DNA from: an uncultured Nitrospiraceae bacterium
GTDB taxonomy: Bacteria > Nitrospirota > Nitrospiria > Nitrospirales > Nitrospiraceae
Length of the DNA: 64,000 nucleotides
Direction of reading: 5' to 3'
NCBI GenBank assembly: GCA_963795615.1
Contig: CAWCIJ010000014.1
Span: 264,275 to 328,274, forward strand
Part shown: positions 26,440 to 34,845 of the stretch, one piece after another
Layout of the letters: each line of letters opens with the position of its first letter
How positions within the stretch are numbered: position 1 is the stretch's first letter
Made by a program: the position numbers and the translations under genes
The notes under the pieces: model-generated
Told to the model about the DNA's origin: nothing
Database searches by the model: none
The model's input: the letters and a program-made list of their open reading frames with translations, nothing else

Positions 26440-26789
26440 TAGCCCGCATTATTCATGAGGGTTCGTGACGAAACCGCGGAGACGCCATGCGAGGTCCACG
26501 GCGCGGAGAATAATGAGGCGCACGGCGCGATGAAGAAAGAGCGCCACGTCTGTGCGCGGGCGCGAGAAGGTGAGCGCCCAGTGTCTTGAATTCCTTGTGG
26601 ACGCCGCCGAGTCGGTGAGGCAGCGGTGTCTTGCGCGTGGAGCCGCAAAGGAGGAAGGCATCCTTTAACAGGATGTCGACCGACTGAGTGGCGAGCCCGT
26701 CCGCCTGCATGCCTCCAAGCCTGCATGCAGGCTTGTCGGAGCGGCGTGTCGGCGGTTGGAGTAGAAGCCATCATGAATAATGCGGGCTA
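26440..26789 (-). mobile_element. MITE-like element, copy 1 (19-bp TIR TAGCCCGCATTATTCATGA, TA flanks), carrying a nested family-B block
   Basis: The TIRs are at 26440-26458 and 26771-26789. The core is homologous to the reverse complement of copy 2 (40438-40651). An extra block of about 136 bp (26491-26626) consists of family-B modules. Confidence 0.75.
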
Positions 26790-27098
26790 ACGTGATCCAT
26801 CTGTCTGCAGCCGTTTGTGCATGGCTTTCAACCGGCCTCGATAAAAATCGACTTCATCATTGAATTCGTCGACCAAATCGTTCGTGAACGAGGGACCAGG
26901 ATTGGCCTTCGAAAACTCTTGCCCTTCCATCGGGCTCACCCGTTGTGTCAGCACCGCGGCGGTGCGCACTTTCCATTTGGCAACCCGCTCTTGTCCCGCC
27001 ACGGCGTTCAAATCGTCGTTGGTTTGCTTGGCAATGGCCTCTAATTCCTGTAATTGCTGATCAACGATCGCGAGGGTCTGGTTTGCTTCGTCTCCCAT
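26787..27098 (-). CDS. hypothetical coiled-coil protein
   Basis: 103 aa from ATG 27098 (MGDEANQTLAIVDQQLQELEAIAK...). I recognised no family. Its TAG stop is formed by the last three bases of the MITE-like element. Confidence 0.4.
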   Translation of the reverse strand: MGDEANQTLAIVDQQLQELEAIAKQTNDDLNAVAGQERVAKWKVRTAAVLTQRVSPMEGQEFSKANPGPSFTNDLVDEFNDEVDFYRGRLKAMHKRLQTDGSR

Positions 27099-27127
27099 TG
27101 ATGGCCTCTCTGCAGGTTGAAGTGAAT

Positions 27128-27189
27128 ATGTTGATCTGTTCATTTGTTGATTGTCAGAGGGCATCAGATCGCCAAATCAACAGATCATC
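27128..27189. repeat. family-C AT-rich palindrome (shorter copy)
   Basis: ATGTTGATCTGTTCATTTGTTGA ... TCATCAGATCGCCAAATCAACAGATCAT, between the pdxA stop and the preceding gene's start. Confidence 0.7.
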
Positions 27190-28258
27190 AGATGTTCCTG
27201 TTGCGTTTCACGGATGGCACGACGCCGCCGGCCCGCAAACGCGCCAATCGCGACGCGAGTTTGATCGCTTCCAGCAAACTGCCTGGATCGGCCGTGCCTT
27301 TTCCGGCAATATCATAGGCGGTCCCATGATCGACGGACGTACGGATGATCGGCAAACCGACTGTGACATTCACACAGGTCCCGAACGCAACCAGTTTGAG
27401 CGGGATCAATCCCTGGTCATGATACATGGCCACGACCCCGTCGAAGGCCCCACGCGCGGCTTTTCCGAATAATGTGTCGGCCGGCAACGGATCGCTGACG
27501 TCCAGGCCGGATGCCCGCGCCAGGGCGACTGCGGGTTGTATCTTCATCTGTTCTTCATCTCCAAACAGCCCATGCTCTCCGGCGTGCGGATTCAACGCGG
27601 CCACCCCGATTTTTGGCTGTGCGATCCCGAAGTACTCGCGCAGCCCACGATGAGCAAGCCTGATCGCTTTGACGATCCGATCCGTGGTCAACAAGCCCGG
27701 TAGATTCCGGATGGCCACATGCGTCGTGGTGAACATAATTTTCAACGGACCACCCACGATCATCATCCCGACTTCGGCGCTTGCGGTCAGATCGGCAAGC
27801 AGCTCCGTATGACCCGGATAATGAAACCCGGCCAGGTTCATGCCTTCTTTGTTGATCGGTGCAGTGACGATGCCGCCGATGCTCCCGGCCAGGGCGAGTT
27901 CCACCCCCGTCTTCACATATGCGATCGATGCCGCACCCGTGCGGCGGGCCGCCTGCCCCATCTTGAACGGCCCGAGAGGCTTCTCCAGAGGATCCAGCAC
28001 AGCAATCTGCCCGGCCTTCGGGAAGGTCTGTTGAAGATCAGCGTGTTTCATCACCCGCATGGGGAGGCCCAGAGACCGAACGGTCTTTTCCATGACCGGA
28101 TGCGAACCGATGACCAGGGGACGACAAAGCCGATGCACGGTCTTTCCGGCCAAGGCTTTGACGATGACTTCCGGGCCGATCCCCGCCGGATCACCCATGG
28201 TGATGCCCAGGATCGGTAAACGGGAGGCGGAATTGGGTGTGAGGCGTTGAAAAGACAT
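27188..28258 (-). CDS. pdxA: 4-hydroxythreonine-4-phosphate dehydrogenase PdxA
   Basis: ILGITMGDPAGIGPEV, GHTE and HGTA-type motifs. The start was moved to ATG 28258 (MSFQRL...) because the upstream 22 codons are family-C repeat. Confidence 0.9.
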   Translation of the reverse strand: MSFQRLTPNSASRLPILGITMGDPAGIGPEVIVKALAGKTVHRLCRPLVIGSHPVMEKTVRSLGLPMRVMKHADLQQTFPKAGQIAVLDPLEKPLGPFKMGQAARRTGAASIAYVKTGVELALAGSIGGIVTAPINKEGMNLAGFHYPGHTELLADLTASAEVGMMIVGGPLKIMFTTTHVAIRNLPGLLTTDRIVKAIRLAHRGLREYFGIAQPKIGVAALNPHAGEHGLFGDEEQMKIQPAVALARASGLDVSDPLPADTLFGKAARGAFDGVVAMYHDQGLIPLKLVAFGTCVNVTVGLPIIRTSVDHGTAYDIAGKGTADPGSLLEAIKLASRLARLRAGGVVPSVKRNRNI

Positions 28259-28261
28259 TTG

Positions 28262-28395
28262 CTGATCTGTTGATGTGCCGATCTGATGATCTGTTGATTT
28301 GGCGATCTGATGAACTTCTGACATTCAACAAATCAGGAGATCAACAAATCATAAATTTCTTCACGAACGAGCGACGAACGACGTTTCACGAGCGA
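28262..28395 (+). repeat. family-C/D composite repeat
   Basis: The palindrome has arms at 28286-28314 (ATGATCTGTTGATTTGGCGATCTGATGAA) and 28324-28352. It is followed by TTCTTCACGAACGAGCGACGAACGACG. The left arm is 29/29 identical to that of 34691-34719. Confidence 0.85.
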
Positions 28396-28407
28396 CGTAC
28401 CCTTTCC

Positions 28408-28609
28408 AGACACTGCCGGCGCACGGGACACGGCCCGCTCACCACTCGCGGGCGTCCACAAACGTTTCAAGACACTGGGCGCTCACCGTCTCGCGCCCGT
28501 TCACAAACGGTTCAAGACACTGCCGGCTCACCGACTCGCCGGCGCGCACAGACGTGGCGCTCTTTACTCTTCGCGCCGTGCGCCTCATTACTCTTCGCGC
28601 CGTGGACCT
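28408..28609 (+). repeat. family-B array: three tandem ~38-nt hairpin modules plus terminal CTCATTACTCTTCGCGCCGTGGACCT block
   Basis: Stem-loops are GCCCGC-TCACCACTC-GCGGGC (28433-28453), GGGCGC-TCACCGTCTC-GCGCCC (28477-28498) and GCCGGC-TCACCGACTC-GCCGGC (28522-28543). The array ends 1 nt into the TAA stop of the adjacent gene. Confidence 0.85.
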
Positions 28610-29622
28610 TACGAGCCATGACTATACAAATAGATGGAATACCCGAGATACAGCAGCGCGCTTCCGCTCAGAAGCCAGGGGCGCCAATGCCCGCCCCATA
28701 GGAGTTGCACAAAGCTAAACGCTATGGCAACCACCGCCAGCACCATCGTCGTCATCGCGGAGAAATCCAGCGCCCATCCGGTACCCAGCAAGCCCACCGA
28801 CACGGGAAACGTTCCCTGGAACACCATCGCGCCGGTCACGTTTCCGACCGCCAGTCGATCCTTCTTTTTATACAGCCAGAGGAAACTATTGGACATCTCA
28901 GGCAGTTCGGTTGCGAGAGGCGCGACCAGCAATGCGAGCAAGAGGGGCGATACATTGAGTTCCGCAGACAACGATTTGGCCACCGTCACGAAGAGGTGGG
29001 CTCCGGCCACCAACCCAATGAGGCCGATGACGCCTTGCATAGCGATCATGGCAAAGGACGGATGCCGGCTGCTCGGTGAAAAGACAAGCGGCTCAACATC
29101 CCCATTCAGCTCCGTCTCTTCATCGTCGGACGAAAACTTCAGGCGCATATAATAGATGTACAGACCGAATAATGCGATCGCGACCGCCACATGCAACGTC
29201 CGGCCCGGCACGAATACACACCCCAGAGCGAGACTGTAGGCGAGCAGGAAAAATACCAGATCCGTCTTGACTTCTTTGTAGTTCAGTTTGAAATTCGCCG
29301 ACCGCTTCCCCAGCCTGGCATAGACCATGAGCAGCATGGCCAGGATCGGCAGCACCAGGGTGCTCAACATGAACGGCGCCCCCAGGATCGCCCCGAGTCC
29401 CACTTCCGTGCGTTCCTGCCCTGAGCCGAAGAAGATCGCAATGATCGGGATCGAAGTTTCCGGCAGGGTCGTGCCGACTGCCGCCAGAACACTTCCGACC
29501 GCGCCCTCCGAAATGTTGAGCCGCTTGCCCAGCCATTCGATTCCATTCGTAAAGAGATGACAGCCACCGAGTGTAATGATCACGGACGCGCCAAACATCA
29601 GCACATAGGTCAGGATCGTCAC
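28609..29622 (-). CDS. sodium/calcium exchanger (CaCA) family membrane protein
   Basis: Polytopic membrane protein with the alpha-repeat motif GAVGSVLAAVGTTLPE and a second repeat, LVAPLATELPEM. GTG 29622 was chosen as the start (ATG 29598 is possible); the ORF-track start 29742 would overlap larC by 59 nt. Confidence 0.8.
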   Translation of the reverse strand: MTILTYVLMFGASVIITLGGCHLFTNGIEWLGKRLNISEGAVGSVLAAVGTTLPETSIPIIAIFFGSGQERTEVGLGAILGAPFMLSTLVLPILAMLLMVYARLGKRSANFKLNYKEVKTDLVFFLLAYSLALGCVFVPGRTLHVAVAIALFGLYIYYMRLKFSSDDEETELNGDVEPLVFSPSSRHPSFAMIAMQGVIGLIGLVAGAHLFVTVAKSLSAELNVSPLLLALLVAPLATELPEMSNSFLWLYKKKDRLAVGNVTGAMVFQGTFPVSVGLLGTGWALDFSAMTTMVLAVVAIAFSFVQLLWGGHWRPWLLSGSALLYLGYSIYLYSHGS

Positions 29623-29683
29623 GCGCGGCCCGCCCTTACGGAAAAAGGAAAAAGCATAAAGGCAAACGTGCAGGTCCCTTTTC

Positions 29684-30913
29684 TCATGTCTTACTTTTTC
29701 CTTTTGCCTTTTGCCGTAGGCCTTGCGCTTGCCGATAGGCAAGCATGGCTTCCTCCATGATGTCTTTCAGCGGACGACCTGTCTGTTCGGCTACCCGCTT
29801 GCAGTCGAGATACTCCGGAGCCGCTTTGCTCTGACCGTGATCAACGTCGGCGACTTTCATCCGGACCTCTCCGCCACATACCTGGACGGAGGTGATCCGT
29901 CGCGGGAGCGTATGGCGCTGGATATGCTGGATGCGCACGCCCAACGCGGTCGTCTCCCGAAACAGCACGGAGAGCGCGGTATCCGTCTTTTCCGGAGGGA
30001 CCAACGTCGAGATCACCACGCCGGGGCGGCCCCGCTTCATGATCACCGGGGTCAACGTGACGTCCACCGCGCCGGCTGCAAACAGCCGGTCCATCACCGA
30101 TTCATAGGCCTGTGGCGAGAGATCGTCGATATTGCTTTCGAGTTGGACGATTGAATCGGTGTCGATTGCGGCATTCACGTCGCGCTCACCGATGAACACC
30201 CGAAGCACATTGGGCCAATCTCCAAAGGTCGCCGTCCCGGCTCCGTAGCCGACCGCATGCTGTCGCATGAGCGGCATGGGACCAAAGCCTGTGGCCATCG
30301 TCCGCAGGAGGGCGACACCGGTCGGAGTCGCAAGTTCTTTCGCCGGGCCGTGGCTATACACCTGAATGCCCTGGCTCAGCGACGCCACCGCCGGACCGGG
30401 CACGGGCAGCAGGCCATGGGCCGACTGGATGGTGCCGGCTCCGACATTGACCGGTGATGCCGTCACCGTCCCGATGTTCAGCGCGTGCAAGCCCCAGACG
30501 CTGCCGACCACGTCGACGACGGAATCGATCAATCCGACTTCGTGAAAATGCACATGGGCCGGATGTACTCGATGGGCTGATCCTTCCGCTTTTGCCAGTG
30601 CATCGAAAACGGCCCGGGAACGATCCTTCACGACCGCAGGCAATCCGCTCCGCGCAATGATACGCGCGATCTGTCGTGATGGGAGCGGTACCCGAACTTC
30701 CTTCGGAATCAGAACATCGACCTTTGTCGCGTGGAGAGCGCCTCGCATCACGGATTTTTTGACCAAGTGGAATCCGTCAACCCGAAGCGCATGCAACGCC
30801 CGCACGAGATCTTTAAACGGCAGTCCGGCATCGACCAGCGCGCCTAACATCATGTCACCGCTGATTCCGGAGAAACAGTCACAATGTAGATGTCGCTGTA
30901 GATGTCGGTCCAC
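29684..30913 (-). CDS. larC: nickel-pincer cofactor biosynthesis protein LarC (DUF111)
   Basis: N-terminal DCFSGISGDMMLGALVDAG, HFHEVG and a C-terminal ...KAAPEYLDCKRVA... region, typical of LarC. Confidence 0.85.
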   Translation of the reverse strand: MDRHLQRHLHCDCFSGISGDMMLGALVDAGLPFKDLVRALHALRVDGFHLVKKSVMRGALHATKVDVLIPKEVRVPLPSRQIARIIARSGLPAVVKDRSRAVFDALAKAEGSAHRVHPAHVHFHEVGLIDSVVDVVGSVWGLHALNIGTVTASPVNVGAGTIQSAHGLLPVPGPAVASLSQGIQVYSHGPAKELATPTGVALLRTMATGFGPMPLMRQHAVGYGAGTATFGDWPNVLRVFIGERDVNAAIDTDSIVQLESNIDDLSPQAYESVMDRLFAAGAVDVTLTPVIMKRGRPGVVISTLVPPEKTDTALSVLFRETTALGVRIQHIQRHTLPRRITSVQVCGGEVRMKVADVDHGQSKAAPEYLDCKRVAEQTGRPLKDIMEEAMLAYRQAQGLRQKAKGKSKT

Positions 30914-31069
30914 GTGAAAGTCCTCGACTGCTGCCTGGTCGAATCATCGCATCTTACCCAACGCCACTTCGCACGGCAACGATACGCTGCTTGATTGACA
31001 GTCTTACGAAGCTATGTTATCCCCGATGAGACACGGAAACGAATTCGGCGGATACAGACTGATTACTGA

Positions 31070-31639
31070 ATGACTCCCTCGCGAACGACACTCCCCCATG
31101 ACACCGTCTGGACGTGCCAACGCATCGCCGGCAGCATTTTTCTCTCACTGTGCATGCTCCTGATTGGGACTCCGCACGCCGACGCGAAAACCAAGCAGAA
31201 GCTCGCACCTCGTCCCGAGCCTGAACTTAAAATCATCGACCTCAAGTTGTCGCCGGTTCCTTATGCCCCTGACCGGGGTCCGTTGGAGTTCACCATGATC
31301 GTCCAATTGCCGAAGGAAGCGGACGAGGCACTGATGCTCGAGGTCTCCTCGCTCCTGACCTCCTCGTCCATGACTTCGTTACGCTTCCTCTCGAATCGGC
31401 AGCCTTTGAATTCCCACACCCCCGCCGTCATCACCGGCGGAACCGATGCCAAGGGAGAACTGCAGCCCAAACATGTCCGCATCCAGCTCTCCTGGGACGG
31501 CCTGGACCATAATAAGCAAGTCGCCCCTCGCGGATCCTATGATTATCAGGTCCGTGCAAAGCTGCTGAGTAACGGCGAGAAGGGCCAAAAAACGCAGATG
31601 CTCTCGTGGCCGAAGCGGGGAACGTTCGTCATCAAGTAA
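31070..31639 (+). CDS. hypothetical secreted protein with a possible FlgD-Ig-like beta-sandwich C-terminus
   Basis: Signal peptide (SIFLSLCMLLIGTPHADA). The C-terminal LSWDGLDHNKQVAPRGSYDYQVRAKL resembles Ig-like WDG.D..G...G.Y motifs. No family was recognised with certainty. Confidence 0.45.
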   Translation: MTPSRTTLPHDTVWTCQRIAGSIFLSLCMLLIGTPHADAKTKQKLAPRPEPELKIIDLKLSPVPYAPDRGPLEFTMIVQLPKEADEALMLEVSSLLTSSSMTSLRFLSNRQPLNSHTPAVITGGTDAKGELQPKHVRIQLSWDGLDHNKQVAPRGSYDYQVRAKLLSNGEKGQKTQMLSWPKRGTFVIK

Positions 31640-31657
31640 TCGACAGCCGCAATGGCT

Positions 31658-32416
31658 TCACTCCTCCTGATCCTTCACCATATTGATACGATGGGCAAGA
31701 CACCCGGCGCCGAAACCGTTATCGATGTTCATCACACCGACTCCGGCTGCGCAGGAATTCAACATCGTTAAGAGCGCCGCCAGCCCCCCGAAACTCGCTC
31801 CATAGCCCCGGCTTGTAGGCACGGCAATGACCGGCTGCCGAACCAAGCCTCCGACGACACTCGGAAGCACCCCGTCCATTCCTGCCACCACCACGAGCAC
31901 CCGGGCGCGATACAGGCGTTCCTGCTGGTCGAGCAATCGGTGAAGACCCGCCACACCGACGTCATAGAGGGTATCCACGTGACTGCCCATGACTTCAGCC
32001 GTCACTTTGGCTTCCTCGGCCACAGGAATGTCGGCGGTTCCGGCCGTCACGATCAACACCTGTCCCCGGCGCATGTGCGTGGAAGGATGCACGGCGACCA
32101 TTCGCGCCTGGTCATAATATCGCGCGCGTCGATCCAACCGGCACAGGGCTCGAGCGGCACGCGGTTCGATCCTGGTCGCGAGCAATGGCCCTTTCTTTTT
32201 GAGAAGAGTTTTGGCGATGGTCAGAACCTGAGCGTCCGTCTTTCCTTCACAAAAAATAACCTCAGGGAAACCTTGCCGGATGGTTCGGTGGTGATCCAAC
32301 GACGCGAAGCCGAGATTTTCATACGGCAGCGTACGCAACTCCCGCAAGGCGGCCTCGATGCTCAGCGAGCCGGATCGGACGCGTCGGAGTAGAGCGTTCA
32401 AACGTTCCGGCGTCAT
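31658..32416 (-). CDS. larB: nickel-pincer cofactor biosynthesis protein LarB (AIR-carboxylase-like)
   Basis: ...DHHRTIRQGFPEVIFCEGKT... and TAGTADIPVAEEAKVTAEVMG. ATG 32416 overlaps the gpsA stop (ATGA). Confidence 0.85.
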   Translation of the reverse strand: MTPERLNALLRRVRSGSLSIEAALRELRTLPYENLGFASLDHHRTIRQGFPEVIFCEGKTDAQVLTIAKTLLKKKGPLLATRIEPRAARALCRLDRRARYYDQARMVAVHPSTHMRRGQVLIVTAGTADIPVAEEAKVTAEVMGSHVDTLYDVGVAGLHRLLDQQERLYRARVLVVVAGMDGVLPSVVGGLVRQPVIAVPTSRGYGASFGGLAALLTMLNSCAAGVGVMNIDNGFGAGCLAHRINMVKDQEE

Positions 32417-33441
32417 GCAGGATTCTTCTCTTCCTTTGCGCCTCGCTCCATTAAATCCCCGACGGCCTGGCGGCATGATTTGTCCGCAAAGAGCACGTCG
32501 TTTATTTCGCTCACAATCGGCATCTCAACCTGATAGCGTCGGGCGAGACCCAGCGCCGCCTTGGCGGTGCGCACGCCTTCAGCGACGGCATGCATGCTGT
32601 CCAGAATCGCCTCCAGTCGTTCCCCTTTCCCCAAACGCATTCCCACCGAGTGATTGCGGCTCAATGTCCCCGTGCAGGTGAGGACTAAATCTCCAACCCC
32701 GGAGAGTCCGTAAAACGTTCGAGGGTCCGCCCCCATGGCCACTCCCAAGCGAATCATTTCAGCCAAGCCCCGGGTGATGAGCGCTGCCCTGGCATTGGCG
32801 CCTAAACCCAATCCATCGACCACACCCGCGGCCAGGGCCATCACGTTCTTCAACGCGCCACCCAGTTGCACCCCGATCACATCGTCGTCACCGTAGACAC
32901 GGAAGGTCGGGGCCATGAATAGATGTTGCATATTCTTGACTGATTCCACATGCGAACCGGCCAGGCACAGAGCGGTGGGCTGTCCACGGCTCACTTCCGT
33001 CGCGAAACTCGGCCCGGACAGCACGAGGATGCGAGACCGCATGTCCGGCGGCAAGATGTCGTCCATGACCTGCGTCATCAACTTAAGACTCTCCTCCTCA
33101 ATGCCCTTGGTCGCACTCACCAATGTGACGGCCTCGTGGAGTAACGGCTGGATCTGCTGAAGCACTGCACGAGCGGCGTGCGAAGGGACCGCAAAGACAA
33201 GGCTATCCACGGAGTGAACGGCCTCGGCCAGTGAATTGGTTGCGGTCAAGGCCGGGGGAAGTCGGACGGAAGGAAGATACAGACTATTCTCGCGCTTGGA
33301 ATGGATCGCCTTGACCACCTCCTGCTCATGCGCCCAGAGGGTGACGGTCAATCCTTTCTCGGCCAAATGGCGGGCCAGCGCAGTCCCCCATGCGCCGGCG
33401 CCGATCACTCCTATGGCATGAATGGTGGTATGCAGCGACAT
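32413..33441 (-). CDS. gpsA: NAD(P)H-dependent glycerol-3-phosphate dehydrogenase
   Basis: IGVIGAGAWGTALA dinucleotide fold, ...GALKNVMALAAG.... The start is set at ATG 33441. Confidence 0.9.
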   Translation of the reverse strand: MSLHTTIHAIGVIGAGAWGTALARHLAEKGLTVTLWAHEQEVVKAIHSKRENSLYLPSVRLPPALTATNSLAEAVHSVDSLVFAVPSHAARAVLQQIQPLLHEAVTLVSATKGIEEESLKLMTQVMDDILPPDMRSRILVLSGPSFATEVSRGQPTALCLAGSHVESVKNMQHLFMAPTFRVYGDDDVIGVQLGGALKNVMALAAGVVDGLGLGANARAALITRGLAEMIRLGVAMGADPRTFYGLSGVGDLVLTCTGTLSRNHSVGMRLGKGERLEAILDSMHAVAEGVRTAKAALGLARRYQVEMPIVSEINDVLFADKSCRQAVGDLMERGAKEEKNPA

Positions 33442-33569
33442 GTCAATCGACAGGGTTCGTATGCCGGATGGAACGTCTCGAATGGAGCCCGAAAGCGTGG
33501 GGGCGATTATAGGAATCACGTTTGACGTGTGTCAACGGACCAGGGGACTGCCCCGCACACCCCACACGC

Positions 33570-33866
33570 AATATACGGCCCGCTCGCGAAGACACTGGGT
33601 GCTCACAAGACACGGCCGCTTCACTTTCTCGGCGGCGTCTGCAAGCGTGACGCTCATTATTCTTCGCGTCGCGAACCTCGCACCCGTTCACAAACTTGAG
33701 GCGACTTGGGACACTGCCAGCTCATGGGACACTGGGTGCTCACCGACTCGCTGGCGCGCACAAACGTTTCAAGACACTGGGCGCTCACCGTCTCGCGCCC
33801 GTTCACAAACTTGACGTGCATTATTCTGCACGTCGTGAACCTCATTATTCTTCGCGCCGTGGACCT
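33570..33866 (+). repeat. family-B hairpin-module array
   Basis: Contains AAGACACTGGGTGCTCAC..., AAGACACTGGGCGCTCACCGTCTCGCGCCCGTTCACAAAC and the terminal CTCATTATTCTTCGCGCCGTGGACCT (33841-33866). Confidence 0.8.
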
Positions 33867-33963
33867 CGTGAAAATTGCTGCTTCTCTTCGTGAGTCGAAA
33901 CCCTGGTGCTATACTTTGGTGGTGGCCCATCCGGCGTATGAAATCCACTGGAGTCGTGTCGAG

Positions 33964-34659
33964 ATGCTGATCCGCCTCTTGTTCCCTCGCGCCGCCCTAT
34001 GGATTCTCCTGACACTTGTGGGGTCCACGCTGTTTCCCGATCCGGCCGCATCCGAGTCCTATATCGCCGGGCAATTCGGAGTCACATTCGCATCCGAGCT
34101 CACCGATGGAAATCTGACATCACACGGCTTGAGTGGGCTGCAAATTTCCGATCAGGACCTCAAGAGTTCACTCATGGGAGGCATGAAGCTGGGCCACTAC
34201 TTCACGAAGGCACGGTGGCTCGGGATCGAAACAGAGCTCTTCTACACGACGCCACACATCAAACAGGGTACGCTCACTCTTTCCGGTACCGGCGGGTCCG
34301 TGTCAGGCGAGTTTCTCGGCCTGCACCAGCGCATGCTCACGTGGGCGCCGGTCAACATTGTGGTTCGGTATCCCTACTACCGGCTTCAACCCTATGCCGC
34401 GATAGGCCCGGGCCTATTCTTCGGCCGGATCAAGGATTCGCAATCAGGATTGTCTCAGTCCGGCACCACGATCGGGCTCAATACGCAAGTCGGGCTCAAG
34501 TATTTCGTCACGAGGCAATGGGTCATCTTCACCGAATGGAAATACAATCTCGCACGGATGGGTTACACGTCACAGGATGACAACCCGGACGCGCCGATCG
34601 GATTTCATGCCACCTACAGCGTGCACATGGCTGCCTTCGGTATCGGATACCACTTCTAG
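33964..34659 (+). CDS. outer-membrane beta-barrel protein (OmpW/OmpA-barrel-like)
   Basis: ATG 33964 gives a signal peptide (LLFPRAALWILLTLVGS). The sequence shows alternating beta-strand patterns and ends in FGIGYHF (aromatic terminus). The ORF-track N-terminal 86 codons are repeat-encoded. Confidence 0.7.
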   Translation: MLIRLLFPRAALWILLTLVGSTLFPDPAASESYIAGQFGVTFASELTDGNLTSHGLSGLQISDQDLKSSLMGGMKLGHYFTKARWLGIETELFYTTPHIKQGTLTLSGTGGSVSGEFLGLHQRMLTWAPVNIVVRYPYYRLQPYAAIGPGLFFGRIKDSQSGLSQSGTTIGLNTQVGLKYFVTRQWVIFTEWKYNLARMGYTSQDDNPDAPIGFHATYSVHMAAFGIGYHF

Positions 34660-34667
34660 CAGGATAC

Positions 34668-34795
34668 TTATCTGATGATCTGCCGATCTGATGATCTGTT
34701 GATTTGGCGATCTGATGAATTTCGAACATTCAACAAATCAGCAGATCAACAAATCATGAATTTCTTCACGGACGAGATACGAACCATGAACGAGA
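34668..34795 (+). repeat. family-C/D composite repeat
   Basis: The palindrome arms are at 34691-34719 and 34729-34757, with the loop TTTCGAACA. It is followed by TTCTTCACGGACGAGATACGAAC. Confidence 0.85.
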
Positions 34796-34845
34796 TGTGG
34801 CATTCTTTCTGCGATCGCGGTAGTCTACGCGTGCGTGAACGGTGA

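Noticed and set aside
28286-28352. The family-C palindrome might be a strand-specific RNA leader, because its C-A mismatches become G-U pairs on the minus strand
   Set aside because: The copy upstream of the 20721 gene has the opposite orientation relative to its gene. The asymmetry is therefore not consistently aligned with transcription.
28408-28609. Possible CRISPR array (regularly spaced palindromic units); the same question applies to the heptamer tract at 52341-52434
   Set aside because: The units are about 38 nt and directly abutting, with no unique spacers of constant length. The stems vary while the loops are constant, which is the opposite of CRISPR repeats. No cas genes are present. 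The 7-nt tract is a simple microsatellite.
28270-28701. ORFs translated from repeat arrays (also 24309-24722, 24337-24681, 25100-25432, 25121-25603, 26439-26774, 33422-33814, 40116-40625, 53371-53792, 3261-3602)
   Set aside because: They lie wholly in families B/C or the MITE-like elements. They occur in several overlapping frames on both strands and have biased Arg/Ala/Ser/Cys/His composition. The same peptides recur wherever the repeat recurs.
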